Origin: an uncultured Candidatus Saccharibacteria bacterium
Lineage (GTDB): Bacteria; Patescibacteriota; Minisyncoccia; UBA6257; JACOXY01
NCBI GenBank assembly: GCA_964357615.1
Contig: CAYHMC010000004.1
Span: forward strand, 25,722 to 89,721
Reading direction: 5' to 3'
DNA length: 64,000 bases
The notes beneath the pieces are model-generated. The model was given only the letters and a program-made list of their open reading frames with translations, ran no database searches and was not told where the DNA came from. Positions 29,233 to 39,773 of the stretch are shown here, piece after piece. The first letter of the stretch is position 1. Each line of letters starts with the position of its first letter. The position numbers and the translations under genes are program-made.

Positions 29233-29634
29233 TTATTTATAAACCAAATTTTTGGCTATAAAATATACAATCACAGAAACAGAGCTTGAGAGTATTGTCC
29301 CCCAAGCCATATCAACGACCGTCATTAAAAGTGACCAATCTTTTATAGTTGCAAGATTTGTTAAGTCATAGGCAGAATATGATACAAGCCCAAGTAATGC
29401 ACCAAATAAAAGCGCGTGAATCCACGATGATTTCTCTAGTGCTGGCTCCACAACAAAAAGAACAATACCAATAATAAATAGTAAATAAAAAGTGATTGCT
29501 GCTCCCCAATTAATATCTGGTCGCATTAAATAACCAATTTGCTTAGCATAAAAACTTTTAGCTATTATACCAATCCAAAGCATATCAATAACAAAATAAA
29601 TTGGTAAAGTGAGCAAATAGAGTTTAAAAAACAT
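29233..29634 (-). CDS. DUF2177 family membrane protein
   Basis: D.LW.G, YDLTNLAT.KDW, VDMAWG. Confidence 0.9.
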   Translation of the reverse strand: MFFKLYLLTLPIYFVIDMLWIGIIAKSFYAKQIGYLMRPDINWGAAITFYLLFIIGIVLFVVEPALEKSSWIHALLFGALLGLVSYSAYDLTNLATIKDWSLLMTVVDMAWGTILSSSVSVIVYFIAKNLVYK

Positions 29635-29724
29635 ATATTTATTATAACATTTGGCAAATTTTTTATACTTGAAAAAAATACGAATAAAAATTACACTATT
29701 GCAATATTAATCTTATAAATACAT

Positions 29725-30345
29725 ATGAATCCAAGATTAAAACTTTTGATATTATTTCTTGCCCCAATAACGCTTGTTGTAATTTTTAGCTTTATAAACG
29801 AGCAATTAATTATAAGCTCAAAAGGTTCTTTAGCGGCCACAATAGAAAAAAATGCATCGCTTTCATATGTGTTCCCAGATAGTACGAAAACAACCGATTG
29901 CCAAATCCGAGGACCACTACCTGACCCAGATTGTACACCAGGTGATGTTTTTCCTGGAATAGACAAAGAAATCATTTGCGTAAAAGGTTATACAAAAACA
30001 GTAAGAAATGTTTCTGTAAATCTAAAGAAAAAAGTATACGAGGCATATGGCATACCATATCCACAGCCCAGAGGCTCGTATGAAGCAGATCACTTAATTC
30101 CGCTAGAGCTTGGTGGCAGTAATGATTTTGAAAATCTGTTTCCTGAATCTGAAAATCCAAGACCAGGCTTTAGAGAGAAAGACTTGGTTGAAAACTATTT
30201 AAATCATGAAATGTGTGCAGGGCGCATAAGCCTATCGGCTGCCCAGCAACAAATAGCCAAAGACTGGCTAACGGTATATGAAAATCTTTCTCCTAGTACA
30301 GTTGATGAATTGAAAAAAGAATTTTTAAAATATACTAACAACTAA
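29725..30345 (+). CDS. Membrane-anchored HNH endonuclease-like protein
   Basis: PDP.CTPG, YEADHLIPLELGGSN...NL.PE, KD.VEN.L...C.G. Confidence 0.8.
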   Translation: MNPRLKLLILFLAPITLVVIFSFINEQLIISSKGSLAATIEKNASLSYVFPDSTKTTDCQIRGPLPDPDCTPGDVFPGIDKEIICVKGYTKTVRNVSVNLKKKVYEAYGIPYPQPRGSYEADHLIPLELGGSNDFENLFPESENPRPGFREKDLVENYLNHEMCAGRISLSAAQQQIAKDWLTVYENLSPSTVDELKKEFLKYTNN

Positions 30346-30387
30346 TAAAATAAAACACCCCCGCAATGCGGGGGTGTTTTATTTTAT
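30345..30387. terminator. Bidirectional terminator
   Basis: Perfect 20-bp inverted repeat ATAAAATAAAACACCCCCGC-AAT-GCGGGGGTGTTTTATTTTAT between convergent genes. Confidence 0.85.
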
Positions 30388-31946
30388 GGAAGTTGTGGAA
30401 TTGGAAGATTTAATTCCGGACAAACAATCATATTTATTTTCCATTTTGTAGTCTTGTATACATACTGAGTAGGAGTCTTTTCTGTAGGAAGTCCGTGTGG
30501 AACCCAAGGAAGAAGAACTTCTTGCCAGTACTTAACCTGGAAATTATCTACTGCTTTTTCGGTAAGTTTTCCGTAAAAACCAGTTACTGGCAAACCTGCG
30601 TTCATGTGGCTGTTCAAGAAACTCTGAAGCTTTATTACCTGTTCACGATCATTCTTTTTGCTTATTCGCAAATAATCTCGTAGATACAATGTGCAAGTTG
30701 AAGCACCCAATACTTCTCCAGGTGTGCTTGTTGCTGCAACTGAACCTGAACCACCGCCACCTGAATAATTAACATATCCTTCTGCTGGTTGAGCTGAGCC
30801 CACTCCAGGATTGATACTACCTCCGGTGCTACCCCCTCCTCCACCGCCACCTCCTCCACCTCCGCCACTTGTTGTAACTGGAGTTGGTATTGGGGTTGGG
30901 GTTGGTTCATTCACGGGAGTAGGACTTGGTTCGCCAGCTGGCGAAGGGGTTGGTGTTGCTACAGGACCTGAACCTCCTCCTCCATTTGATGTTGGAGTAG
31001 GTGTTGGCAATGATGTAGGACTTGGTGTTGGTGTTGGCGATGGTGATACTAATGAAACATTATATGAAATGCAGTAAACATCACTTGGAATAGTGGTGAA
31101 TTTCAAAAACTCTAGGTTATCACCATTTACAGCATCGTTATAACAACGCATTGCTCCAAATTTTGAAAGGTTATTATTTTGAATTCCGCTCAACCAAACC
31201 AATTTTTGACTAAATAAATTATTTTGAAGTGTGCTATTTAAATCGCTAGTTGATATATTTATCTCACCATTCGTATTTGTTGGACCAACAATTTGAGTGT
31301 TATTTAACTGTTCTTCGTCGGTTGATATCTTAAAGCTAGTTCCTGCTAATCTTGTGCAAGATTCCGGAATTTCTGAAACTGCAACTGGTTTTTGTGGAAA
31401 TGGATTTAAAAAGTGAGGAATTGAAGCGAGATAATTAATAAAATTTGTAAAATTTCCATCGGTATCATCAAGCTTATCTGCATCTGCATTTCCAGAAATG
31501 ACATTATAAGATGGACAAACAACCTGAACGATATGGAGGTTTGCTGATGGTGTTGGAGAGACTGATGGAGTTGGTGAAGCTGATGGTGTTGGAGAGACTG
31601 ATGGAGTTTGTGAAGCTAATGGTGTTGGAGTTGCTGTAAGGGTAACTGCCGGTGTTGTGACTGGAGTAGATTCCGGAGTTGGTGTTGGTGAAGGTAGAGG
31701 GGTTGGTAATGGTACCGGTGTTGGAGTTACGCATGAGCCATTGCAATCATTATGATTGTTATGATTTTCATCATGATTTTCATGATCATGATTATTTTCA
31801 TGTTTATCATTATCTACAAAAGCATTAACAACTGAAATATCAGAGTTAAAAACAGCTAAAGTTGAAAATGTGCCGAAAACAACAATTAACCCAAGAGCTA
31901 ATAGTGATTTAATATTAATTGTATCTAGTCTATTTTTGTTTATCAT
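30384..31946 (-). CDS. Secreted Pro/Thr- and Gly-rich protein with C-terminal peptidoglycan-binding domain
   Basis: PT repeats, poly-Gly, GEVLGA, V.KLQ.FLN..L.VTGFYG.LT..AV..FQ. Confidence 0.85.
   Translation of the reverse strand: MINKNRLDTINIKSLLALGLIVVFGTFSTLAVFNSDISVVNAFVDNDKHENNHDHENHDENHNNHNDCNGSCVTPTPVPLPTPLPSPTPTPESTPVTTPAVTLTATPTPLASQTPSVSPTPSASPTPSVSPTPSANLHIVQVVCPSYNVISGNADADKLDDTDGNFTNFINYLASIPHFLNPFPQKPVAVSEIPESCTRLAGTSFKISTDEEQLNNTQIVGPTNTNGEINISTSDLNSTLQNNLFSQKLVWLSGIQNNNLSKFGAMRCYNDAVNGDNLEFLKFTTIPSDVYCISYNVSLVSPSPTPTPSPTSLPTPTPTSNGGGGSGPVATPTPSPAGEPSPTPVNEPTPTPIPTPVTTSGGGGGGGGGGGGSTGGSINPGVGSAQPAEGYVNYSGGGGSGSVAATSTPGEVLGASTCTLYLRDYLRISKKNDREQVIKLQSFLNSHMNAGLPVTGFYGKLTEKAVDNFQVKYWQEVLLPWVPHGLPTEKTPTQYVYKTTKWKINMIVCPELNLPIPQLP
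31543..31630. repeat. 36-bp coding tandem repeat (about 2.5 copies)
   Basis: Unit GCTGATGGTGTTGGAGAGACTGATGGAGTT(G/T)GTGAA, encoding S(P/Q)[10 protein letters not shown] on the - strand. Confidence 0.8.
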
Positions 31947-32103
31947 ATTCTTTAAATTTAGTTAAAATATATTATTTGCCAGTTCCGTTTAAATTGTGAA
32001 CATATAATATCACAATATATACTATTTTGTCAAGGGGCTAGCAAAAAACCCTTATAATAAGGGTTTTTATATGATAGCTATACTTTAAAGTTAATCTTAG
32101 ATT

Positions 32104-33390
32104 TTAAAGTCCATTTTTTGTTAGAACTTTTTCTGGGTGAAGACCAGAGGGATCAGTGTGTCCAAAATTAAGTGATTCTCCTAAAGAAATTAAATTATCT
32201 CTAACCTCTGTCCAAGATGAACCACTATGAGTAGATAAATATAATGCTGCTGCACCAGAGACATGCGGAGATGCCATGCTTGTTCCGCTTATTGTATTAT
32301 AACCACCTCCTTTCCATGTGGAGTAAATATTAACTCCAGGCGCACCAAGATCAATTTCTCCTCCATAATTACTAAACGAAGCAAATGTATCGTCCGCACC
32401 ATAAGATGTAGGAGCTCCAAGGCTATCAGACTTTCCATCAGAGTCTGAAAGAGCAGATACCGTAATAACTGCATCATTATAAGAAGCAGGAACAGACATT
32501 GCTGTATTTCCGCTTTCGTTTCCAGCCGCAACAACATAAGTTACCCCAGCTGAAACTGACCTACAGATTGCCTGATGCAATGCATCTCCATTTGTATTTC
32601 CACAATTATTATCACTTGACCCCCCTCCACCCAAACTCATATTTGCAACTTTAATTCCATATTTACTCGCATTAGCAGTAACAAAATCTATACCACATAT
32701 AACACTAGACCAAGTTCCTGAACCACTTCGATTTAATACTTTAACTGCTAAAAGTTTTGAACTTGGCGCAACGCCAACAACACCTATTGAATTGTTTATT
32801 GCGGCAATAGTTCCAGCAACATGAGTTCCATGTCCATTATCGTCGTTGGCATTTTTTGCTCCTGTTATGCAAGATTTATTAACCGATAAAACATTGCCAG
32901 AAAGATCAGGATGATTAAAGTCAATTCCGGTATCTAGAACAGCCACCACGACACCAGAGCCTATATTTGTACTTGAAGTTTGACCCATGCGACTAACACC
33001 AGAGGGAATTACTTGTGCTGGTTGAGGACTAGCTAGTCTATTTGCTTTTGCGTCTGCATAAACAACACGATCTTCACTAACAAATTTTACCCTCGAATCT
33101 TTTTTTAATTCAACTAAATCAGCATCAGAAATGTTTGCAGAAAAACCTTTTATTGAATGTTTAAATTTAAGTTGCGCTTCAAATTTATGCTTAGAGGATA
33201 ATTCCTCAAAAATATTTTCCAAATCGGAATCATTAACATTATCGTTTAGTACTACAATATATTGCCCAGGAATTTTTTCTTCTTCTCTGCTACTACCATC
33301 TTGCTTTCCAAAAACCTGCGACGAATATAGGCTAACCACAACTAATAGCAAAAGCGCCTCAAAAGTAATCAATATTTTTTTAATTCTCAT
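32104..33390 (-). CDS. Subtilisin-like S8 serine protease with I9 propeptide
   Basis: Catalytic triad VLDTG, HGTHVAG, GTSMASPHV; YIV propeptide; signal peptide. Confidence 0.95.
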   Translation of the reverse strand: MRIKKILITFEALLLLVVVSLYSSQVFGKQDGSSREEEKIPGQYIVVLNDNVNDSDLENIFEELSSKHKFEAQLKFKHSIKGFSANISDADLVELKKDSRVKFVSEDRVVYADAKANRLASPQPAQVIPSGVSRMGQTSSTNIGSGVVVAVLDTGIDFNHPDLSGNVLSVNKSCITGAKNANDDNGHGTHVAGTIAAINNSIGVVGVAPSSKLLAVKVLNRSGSGTWSSVICGIDFVTANASKYGIKVANMSLGGGGSSDNNCGNTNGDALHQAICRSVSAGVTYVVAAGNESGNTAMSVPASYNDAVITVSALSDSDGKSDSLGAPTSYGADDTFASFSNYGGEIDLGAPGVNIYSTWKGGGYNTISGTSMASPHVSGAAALYLSTHSGSSWTEVRDNLISLGESLNFGHTDPSGLHPEKVLTKNGL

Positions 33391-33527
33391 TTTTATTATA
33401 AATAATTTTAATCTATATAAGTATACATCTAGGATACTAAAAATCAAGCTTCTGCAAATTCCAAAATGTTAATAAAAAAATCTTTCTCTTGCGAGAAAGA
33501 CTCTTTATTTTAATATTTATCTCCCCT

Positions 33528-33543
33528 TCCGCCAACTGGCGGA
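33528..33543. repeat. Short REP-like GC palindrome
   Basis: TCCGCC-AACT-GGCGGA in an AT-rich intergenic region; single copy in this window. Confidence 0.4.
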
Positions 33544-33770
33544 TAGGCTGGAATTAGCACCTTATTTTTCGCACATACCTCACATATGTACTGCCCTTTT
33601 TCGTTTACACAAAATTGGTAAATTGGTTGCCAATGGATATAAGGCCAGTTCCAAATCCATCTTCTTGATAAAATATTTTATATATTAATAACTCTTTCGA
33701 GTTACTTAAATTATAGCAAATTATCTAAAAATAGTGCTGTGGATAAATAACAATAAAAATAGGCAAGTTA

Positions 33771-35195
33771 TTATGCTTGCCCTTTGAATTGACTAAAGTC
33801 TAGCGGATTTATTGGTTTCGCCAAGACGAGTCCATAGTTTGGCGGATTAAGAAATTTCCGCGCAGCATCAATGACGCTCTTTTTTCTAACCTTATGCATG
33901 CGATCCTGAAATCTATTTAAATGGCTTGGTGAATCAACGCCGTTTGCAAAATCCTGAGTTATAAGTTCAGCCAAAGTTTCCGGATCATTGATAAAAGCTC
34001 CGGAATAACGATCGGCAATTGGTCTTCTCATAACGGTAAGAGGGCTTCTTCCCATGCGCTTTAATATCTTAATAGCAGCTTTTCTTTCTGCGGATGTCAT
34101 GTATTTGATTTTGTTAGCTACACCATTTAAACCAAAATCCAGAAATTTACCATCATGAATCTTGCGAATTTCTTCAGCTAATACTTCCTCTGCTCTTTTG
34201 GCTCCATCCATAGAAATAACCGGCATCCAAACATACATAGTCCCATGAAGATTGGTTGAGTCTGTCCAAACCCTTGGATGATATGTCCCAAGATGCTGAC
34301 CTGGACTAAGATCTCTAATTGCAAATTGAAGATGGGTTTCTAAAAGTTCGACTAAAACCTCAATGGAGTCAGCGTAAGCACTGCCAAATGGTTCTAACGG
34401 AAACCCAAAAAGCAAGTGGAAAGTTTTATTCTGAGTATCACCATATTCAAACTCTTCGTATAGCCTACCGCTTAACTGAGGATAAATATCTGCACCGGCT
34501 AAAGATATAAGCGAAGGGGCTTGTTTTTCCGGCATATCTCCAAAAGCACGTCTTGCCATACTCATCGCAGTTCTACCATCAGGACCAAGAATAATTATTC
34601 CGATATTCGAGGAAACATAATGCTCGTTATGATATTTAATTAGTTCTTTAGCAACCGACGGTCCCATCAAATGATTTGGATCACAGTCAAAACGGTTACT
34701 CACCGGGTTATTAGGATACAACATCTTAAGGAGTTTCATGCTGGCTCTTTCCTCAATATTATCCTCGCCGTGCAAGGCCCACTCGCATATGACGGCGCTT
34801 TGCTCAACCCGAATAATTTCTTCGGTTGTATGGTGACTCAAATTTGGATATCTAACCATTTGAGCAAACAAAGGAAAGAGATTTAGGATATAGTTTCTTT
34901 TGCGTAATAAACCGCAACCATAGGCTGTATTTGCGTATGTTGTATAAATCCCTGCTCCCCTCCAGTATTCCGATGAATAAGTCCGCAACATTTTTGCTGT
35001 TTCAATAGTAGAGAAATCACGCGTAGAATTAGCAGCAAAATGTTCGAATACATGCGCTCTTCCTAAAAAATTAGGCGGATCTTTTAGAGCTCCGGCTTTA
35101 ACAACAATCGAAACGACATTTGATGTATGATCCGGCTGAAAATATACGGGAATTCCGTTTTCAAGCCGTCGCATTTTAACTTTTTTGACGGACAT
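33771..35195 (-). CDS. M16 (pitrilysin/insulinase) family peptidase, divergent
   Basis: LENG, G.AHVFEH (inverted HxxEH motif). Confidence 0.85.
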   Translation of the reverse strand: MSVKKVKMRRLENGIPVYFQPDHTSNVVSIVVKAGALKDPPNFLGRAHVFEHFAANSTRDFSTIETAKMLRTYSSEYWRGAGIYTTYANTAYGCGLLRKRNYILNLFPLFAQMVRYPNLSHHTTEEIIRVEQSAVICEWALHGEDNIEERASMKLLKMLYPNNPVSNRFDCDPNHLMGPSVAKELIKYHNEHYVSSNIGIIILGPDGRTAMSMARRAFGDMPEKQAPSLISLAGADIYPQLSGRLYEEFEYGDTQNKTFHLLFGFPLEPFGSAYADSIEVLVELLETHLQFAIRDLSPGQHLGTYHPRVWTDSTNLHGTMYVWMPVISMDGAKRAEEVLAEEIRKIHDGKFLDFGLNGVANKIKYMTSAERKAAIKILKRMGRSPLTVMRRPIADRYSGAFINDPETLAELITQDFANGVDSPSHLNRFQDRMHKVRKKSVIDAARKFLNPPNYGLVLAKPINPLDFSQFKGQA

Positions 35196-35287
35196 TTTGT
35201 CCTCAAACTTTTAATGCGCTGTACTTCTTATAATATATCTAAAATTGCATGTCAATTATAAAAATAGCTAAGGTGTAAAATATATTA

Positions 35288-35794
35288 TTAAGTTATTATT
35301 TCTTTGATTTTCAAAGCAATTTCATGAACATTATTGTGTTCTTTTGGTGTAAAAATTTTATTAGCGTATTTTTTATATAATATATAACGCTCACTATAAA
35401 GTTCATCGAAATTATTGTTACGAAGCCCAATAATACCCTTTCTATTTAGGGACGGTTGCCTGCTTTTTATTAATTTAAGCGGGGTATCTAAAAATATAAT
35501 AATTGATATTTTAGACAGATACTCCATGGCTTTTTCACTATAAATCACACTACCACCTGTGGAGATAACTGTTTCACTTAAATCAGAAAGTGCAAGCGCT
35601 ACGCCTTCTTCTGCATCTAGGAATTTTTTCTCACCAAATTTTTCTATAAATTGCTTTGGTGTAAATCCAGTTTGCTTTTCTAAAATCTTATCAATATCAA
35701 TAAATTTAAAATTTAACTCTCTTGCCAAAATTTTACCAACCGCACTTTTACCAGCACTAGTCATTCCTATGATAGCAAGATTATTACAATGCAT
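35288..35794 (-). CDS. aroK: Shikimate kinase family
   Basis: GMTSAGKSAVG, FIDID, VISTGGS, ER..LY. Confidence 0.85.
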   Translation of the reverse strand: MHCNNLAIIGMTSAGKSAVGKILARELNFKFIDIDKILEKQTGFTPKQFIEKFGEKKFLDAEEGVALALSDLSETVISTGGSVIYSEKAMEYLSKISIIIFLDTPLKLIKSRQPSLNRKGIIGLRNNNFDELYSERYILYKKYANKIFTPKEHNNVHEIALKIKEIIT

Positions 35795-36182
35795 AATAAC
35801 GCCAGAATATCACCCTAGTCATATACAAAATAAGTAAGAAAAAAGCTATATAAATTATTACCCTATATGTACAAAAAAAATGTAGGATATTTAACAAAAT
35901 AATTTTGAATTTATACCATTCAGCGCTTAAGGCTCGAAATGGGCTACTATATGAATTGCTTTTGGCAATTTGACGATATTCTCGTTCTTCTCGTTGTTCT
36001 GCTTCAAAATTAACAATAGCTCTAGCTAAATCACTTCTTTGTAATTCAGTTTCCTTTATTTTTGCATCTAAAAGATTTTCAAATGCCAAGGTAAGTGGTA
36101 TTTCAAGGCGATTAAAATAGACATAAACTAGCCCAAAAGTTACAGAAGCTAATAATCCCCAATATGCTATTTTAAATGCCAT
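35784..36182 (-). CDS. Hypothetical membrane protein
   Basis: 132 aa with TM segments at both ends; in an operon with tatD and aroK. Confidence 0.6.
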   Translation of the reverse strand: MAFKIAYWGLLASVTFGLVYVYFNRLEIPLTLAFENLLDAKIKETELQRSDLARAIVNFEAEQREEREYRQIAKSNSYSSPFRALSAEWYKFKIILLNILHFFCTYRVIIYIAFFLLILYMTRVIFWRYYAL

Positions 36183-36223
36183 ACCAAATTATAACATCAA
36201 AGCTAAATCAAATCTTTATTATC

Positions 36224-37072
36224 TTAATCTAAACTAAAAATCTTTAAAGCATTAAGAGTTGTCTCTTCTGCTACTTTAGAAAAACTTAAATTCTTTAATT
36301 CTGCTATTTTTTTTACAACTTCAGTTACATATATTGGCTCATTGCGCTTGCCTCGATGTGGAATTGGGGTAACATACGGCGCATCGGTTTCTAATAGTAT
36401 ATTTGAAAGTGGGATATTTTTTATTACATCATCATAGTCTTTAGTGAATGTAATAACGCCACCAAAAGAAAAACTAAATCCTAGCTTAAGCAGTTTTTGT
36501 GCATTGTCGGGTGTGCCAGAAAAAAAATGTATTATGCCAGAGGGCGAATTTAATTTTTCCAATTTTGAATTTAAAATATTTATCAAATCGGCAAATGCAT
36601 TTCTACAATGTATCATTAAGGGCTTTTTTAGTTCATGCGCTAGCTCAATTTGCAACAAAAATACTTCTTTTTGTTTATCTTTAGTATCTGTAGTTAGTCG
36701 ATAATAATCTAACCCACACTCTCCAATTGCTACAACTTTTTTATTTTGTCCAAGTTTTTTATAATACTCATAATCAAAATTTTCTCCTCTGCTCGTAAAT
36801 TCACTAGATTCATTTTGATTAATTCCAAGCTCTTGTTTGTCGTGAAATGAAACTTCGGTATGTATTGGATGTAACCCCACGGTAGCATAAACTCCTTCGT
36901 TATATTTATCTGCAAATTCTATTGCTTTAGCTGAAGTATCTTTTTGTGTGCCGACATTTACAATCCAAATTTTTTCATCATGAGCTCTTTTTAAAACTTC
37001 ATCGCTATCTTTATCATAAGCGGCGAAATGAACATGTGTATGAACATCGAAAAATTGTGGTTTGTTTGACAT
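36224..37072 (-). CDS. tatD: TatD family nuclease
   Basis: DVHTH, GLHP, AIGECGLDY, IHCR, HFF, ETDAPY. Confidence 0.93.
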   Translation of the reverse strand: MSNKPQFFDVHTHVHFAAYDKDSDEVLKRAHDEKIWIVNVGTQKDTSAKAIEFADKYNEGVYATVGLHPIHTEVSFHDKQELGINQNESSEFTSRGENFDYEYYKKLGQNKKVVAIGECGLDYYRLTTDTKDKQKEVFLLQIELAHELKKPLMIHCRNAFADLINILNSKLEKLNSPSGIIHFFSGTPDNAQKLLKLGFSFSFGGVITFTKDYDDVIKNIPLSNILLETDAPYVTPIPHRGKRNEPIYVTEVVKKIAELKNLSFSKVAEETTLNALKIFSLD

Positions 37073-37123
37073 AGTTGAATATTATATTATATAACTTTAT
37101 AAGCAAAATAAAGGAGACGGGCC

Positions 37124-37291
37124 TTGGCAATTCGAAGAGACAAAATTGTTGGCATTAGCATAACATGGGCTTCAATGCTTGGTTATGGCTTTCTATGTCC
37201 GCCAGGGAAAAGCTTTTGGGGTGATATATTTTTTATTTTAGTTATGGTTGCGGGATTATTTACAACTTTAAGAATAAAAAAGTCAGACTAA
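37124..37291 (+). CDS. 55-aa small membrane protein
   Basis: Manual translation from TTG: MAIRRDKIVGISITW...; AAGGAG SD; hairpin at about 37305-37330. Confidence 0.5.
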   Translation: MAIRRDKIVGISITWASMLGYGFLCPPGKSFWGDIFFILVMVAGLFTTLRIKKSD

Positions 37292-37336
37292 CATAAAATA
37301 TAAATAGCGAGGGTTACCTCGCTTTTTTATTAAAAA

Positions 37337-37741
37337 TTATTGACTATGAGAATACGCGCTCATTGCCAAACAGAAAAGCAGGGATACCATGCCCCATACC
37401 ATCCACATATCTGGCAATTGCCTATTAAAATACCAAATCCAAAATACAGACGAAAGTCGTTCTGAAATTAGAAATGTTAAACTTATAATCCAGATTTTAC
37501 CACCGAACCAATGAACCCTACTATATACCCAACAAATAGATAGGAAACAAATCAAGTGGATGGGTAAAAAAAGAAAATAAAAATATAGTCTAAGTGTCCA
37601 AATTGAAGAAATTTTACTAGCAAAAAACGGTATTGTACCAGAAGTTATATATAAATAATTTGGATAAAAAACCGACCAACTAAGCGTTAGTGTAATAATT
37701 GCTGTACAGCAATATACCAAAAACCAGTAGGTTAAAATCAC
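37337..37741 (-). CDS. Hypothetical membrane protein
   Basis: 134-aa hydrophobic ORF with GGGAG SD. Confidence 0.6.
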   Translation of the reverse strand: MILTYWFLVYCCTAIITLTLSWSVFYPNYLYITSGTIPFFASKISSIWTLRLYFYFLFLPIHLICFLSICWVYSRVHWFGGKIWIISLTFLISERLSSVFWIWYFNRQLPDMWMVWGMVSLLFCLAMSAYSHSQ

Positions 37742-37850
37742 TTCTTTTGGCTCCCTAAATTAAAATACTGAACTTAACATAGCAAAGTTGAAATAAGCTT
37801 TCAAGTAATATATATTGATGGAAGTTATTTAACTCTGCACTGAGGAAAAA

Positions 37851-38351
37851 TTGAAAGACATGGACCGTCCTAGAAATTTAGCATCGATACCCTTGGGAGT
37901 AGTTCAAACTCCGCAAACTAAACATGAAGATCGTGATCTAGCAATTCAAAAATCAGAAACCGAAGAAGGTAAAATAAAAATGGCTTTTATTGCTGGACCA
38001 TATATTGGAGATGGTTCATATGTAGAAATTTATAGAAATATTGGGGAAGCTGAACGGGTTGCAGTACACCTTGCAAATCGTGGGGTTTTCTTTTTCTGCC
38101 CACATACTCATACAAGTTTTTTTGGAAGGAAAGCAAAAGCTCCAGAATCCTTTTATAAGGCAATGAATTTTAGATTCCTTAGTTTCTGCGATTTTTTAAT
38201 TGCAACTCCTAGATGGGAAAAATCTGATGGCGCAAGAAAAGTGATTGAGCAATGTATTTTAGAGCGCAAATTAGTATTTGTTCTAAATTCTTTAGACGAT
38301 GCAGAAACTTATGACGAGATTGAAGCCTATGCTAAAAGTGGTAAATCATGA
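37851..38351 (+). CDS. DUF4406/DUF1937-like (nucleoside deoxyribosyltransferase-like fold) protein
   Basis: FIAGPY, FCPH, L..CD, W.KS.GA; the usual Glu after GA is not evident. Confidence 0.65.
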   Translation: MKDMDRPRNLASIPLGVVQTPQTKHEDRDLAIQKSETEEGKIKMAFIAGPYIGDGSYVEIYRNIGEAERVAVHLANRGVFFFCPHTHTSFFGRKAKAPESFYKAMNFRFLSFCDFLIATPRWEKSDGARKVIEQCILERKLVFVLNSLDDAETYDEIEAYAKSGKS

Positions 38352-38929
38352 AAGAGAGCCACGTCCTAGCTTTTGTAGGTGAGAAGCGCGCTGGCAAAGG
38401 AACTGCTGCTGATATTTATAGAAAAATATCTTATAGTCATCACAATCTACCAATAAGTCGTCATACATTTTCTGATGTTGTAAGGGAAATTTTACAAAAA
38501 CGAGATATTCCATTTGGAAGAAAAACAGCCCAAGACTTAGTGATGGAATTAATTAATGAAAATGCATCAAACGATACACTTAGCAAAATAGTGGAAGAGC
38601 GCATTTGGGCTGATCCAAATTCCCACATTATATTAGACGGCATACGACTTTGGCCTGACTATCATATGATTTGTCGATTTCCTTCTTATCATCTTGTTTA
38701 TGTTACTGCTCCGGCAAGAATTAGACACAGACGAGCCTTGCTCGACAGCGACAAAGTAGACGAAATAAATATAAGTTTTGAAGAATTTTGTGAAAAAGAA
38801 AAACACCAACTTGAATTGGATATTCCAATTATAGGAGCTAATGTTGCCGATTTTTTCATTAATAATATTGGCACTAGGGCAGAACTAGAGAGAAAAGTGA
38901 TTGAACTTAGAGAAAAAATTAAATTTTAA
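38348..38929 (+). CDS. P-loop nucleotide/dephospho-CoA kinase-like protein
   Basis: GEKRAGKGT, FSD, ILDGIR, YVTA...R, ADF.INN. Confidence 0.8.
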   Translation: MKESHVLAFVGEKRAGKGTAADIYRKISYSHHNLPISRHTFSDVVREILQKRDIPFGRKTAQDLVMELINENASNDTLSKIVEERIWADPNSHIILDGIRLWPDYHMICRFPSYHLVYVTAPARIRHRRALLDSDKVDEINISFEEFCEKEKHQLELDIPIIGANVADFFINNIGTRAELERKVIELREKIKF

Positions 38930-38955
38930 GAGTCGCATTGTGACTCTTTTTTTAA

Positions 38956-39444
38956 TTATTTAGGATGAATATACTCATATGACAATTTATTATATTCACT
39001 GGTTTTATATTCATAAATCCCGTCTTCGTGCCACAAAACAAATTTTGCAATTCCAGAATCTAATGCTAGACGACTACACACAGTGCAATATGGCTTTCCA
39101 GATTTTTTAATTTTTCCCTTACTATCAACTCTTGTAAAATAAAGAGTTGAACCTTTTATTTTCTTAGAATTTTTTTTAAGAGTATCTAAAATTGCGCGCC
39201 ATTCCGCATGCACGCAACAAGTTTTATCGTATTTTGGTTTTCCTTCTCCAAATTTTTGGTCACAAATTTTGTTCTCTTTCTTATTTAGTGGTGGAGCATT
39301 ATACCCAAAACCGATCACCTTTTTGTTTTTAACAATTACTGTTCCGCATTTAGCATTTAAGCAAAGTGATTTTTTTGCCAATCTTGCCGCTTCATTCATC
39401 CACACAATTGCATCAGCTTCTTCTTCGTTTTTTAGGTATTTCAT
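38956..39444 (-). CDS. Cytidine/deoxycytidylate deaminase family
   Basis: GYN, CVHAE, PYCTVC zinc motif. Confidence 0.88.
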   Translation of the reverse strand: MKYLKNEEEADAIVWMNEAARLAKKSLCLNAKCGTVIVKNKKVIGFGYNAPPLNKKENKICDQKFGEGKPKYDKTCCVHAEWRAILDTLKKNSKKIKGSTLYFTRVDSKGKIKKSGKPYCTVCSRLALDSGIAKFVLWHEDGIYEYKTSEYNKLSYEYIHPK

Positions 39445-39510
39445 ATTTTTAAATTTGACATCTATTTATTTTTGCATTATTGTCGACTTAGCAAATTTAA
39501 GGAGGTCACA

Positions 39511-39702
39511 ATGAGTCTGATAGGTTTTCTCTTTCTATTTTTCATATCTTCAATAATTTTTGAGATTATATCGGATCATTTAACTGGCTATAAGAAAGCT
39601 TTTAGAGATACTCACGCCTGGCATTATCGAGTAGCGCATGAATCAACTTATAAATTTGAAGGTTTTTTATTTGCTTATCTAATAATTCATTACTTTAGCT
39701 AG
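39511..39702 (+). CDS. Small membrane protein
   Basis: AAGGAGG SD, TTGACA promoter, terminator at about 39722-39752. Confidence 0.55.
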   Translation: MSLIGFLFLFFISSIIFEIISDHLTGYKKAFRDTHAWHYRVAHESTYKFEGFLFAYLIIHYFS

Positions 39703-39773
39703 GCTAAATTTAACAATTCTATGCCGATAATTATTATAATTATCGGTTTTTTTATTAAAAATTCAGAATCTAA

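Noticed and set aside
31543-31630. 36-bp repeat, a CRISPR-like length
   Set aside because: Head-to-tail with no spacers and in frame within a Pro/Thr linker; it is a coding repeat.
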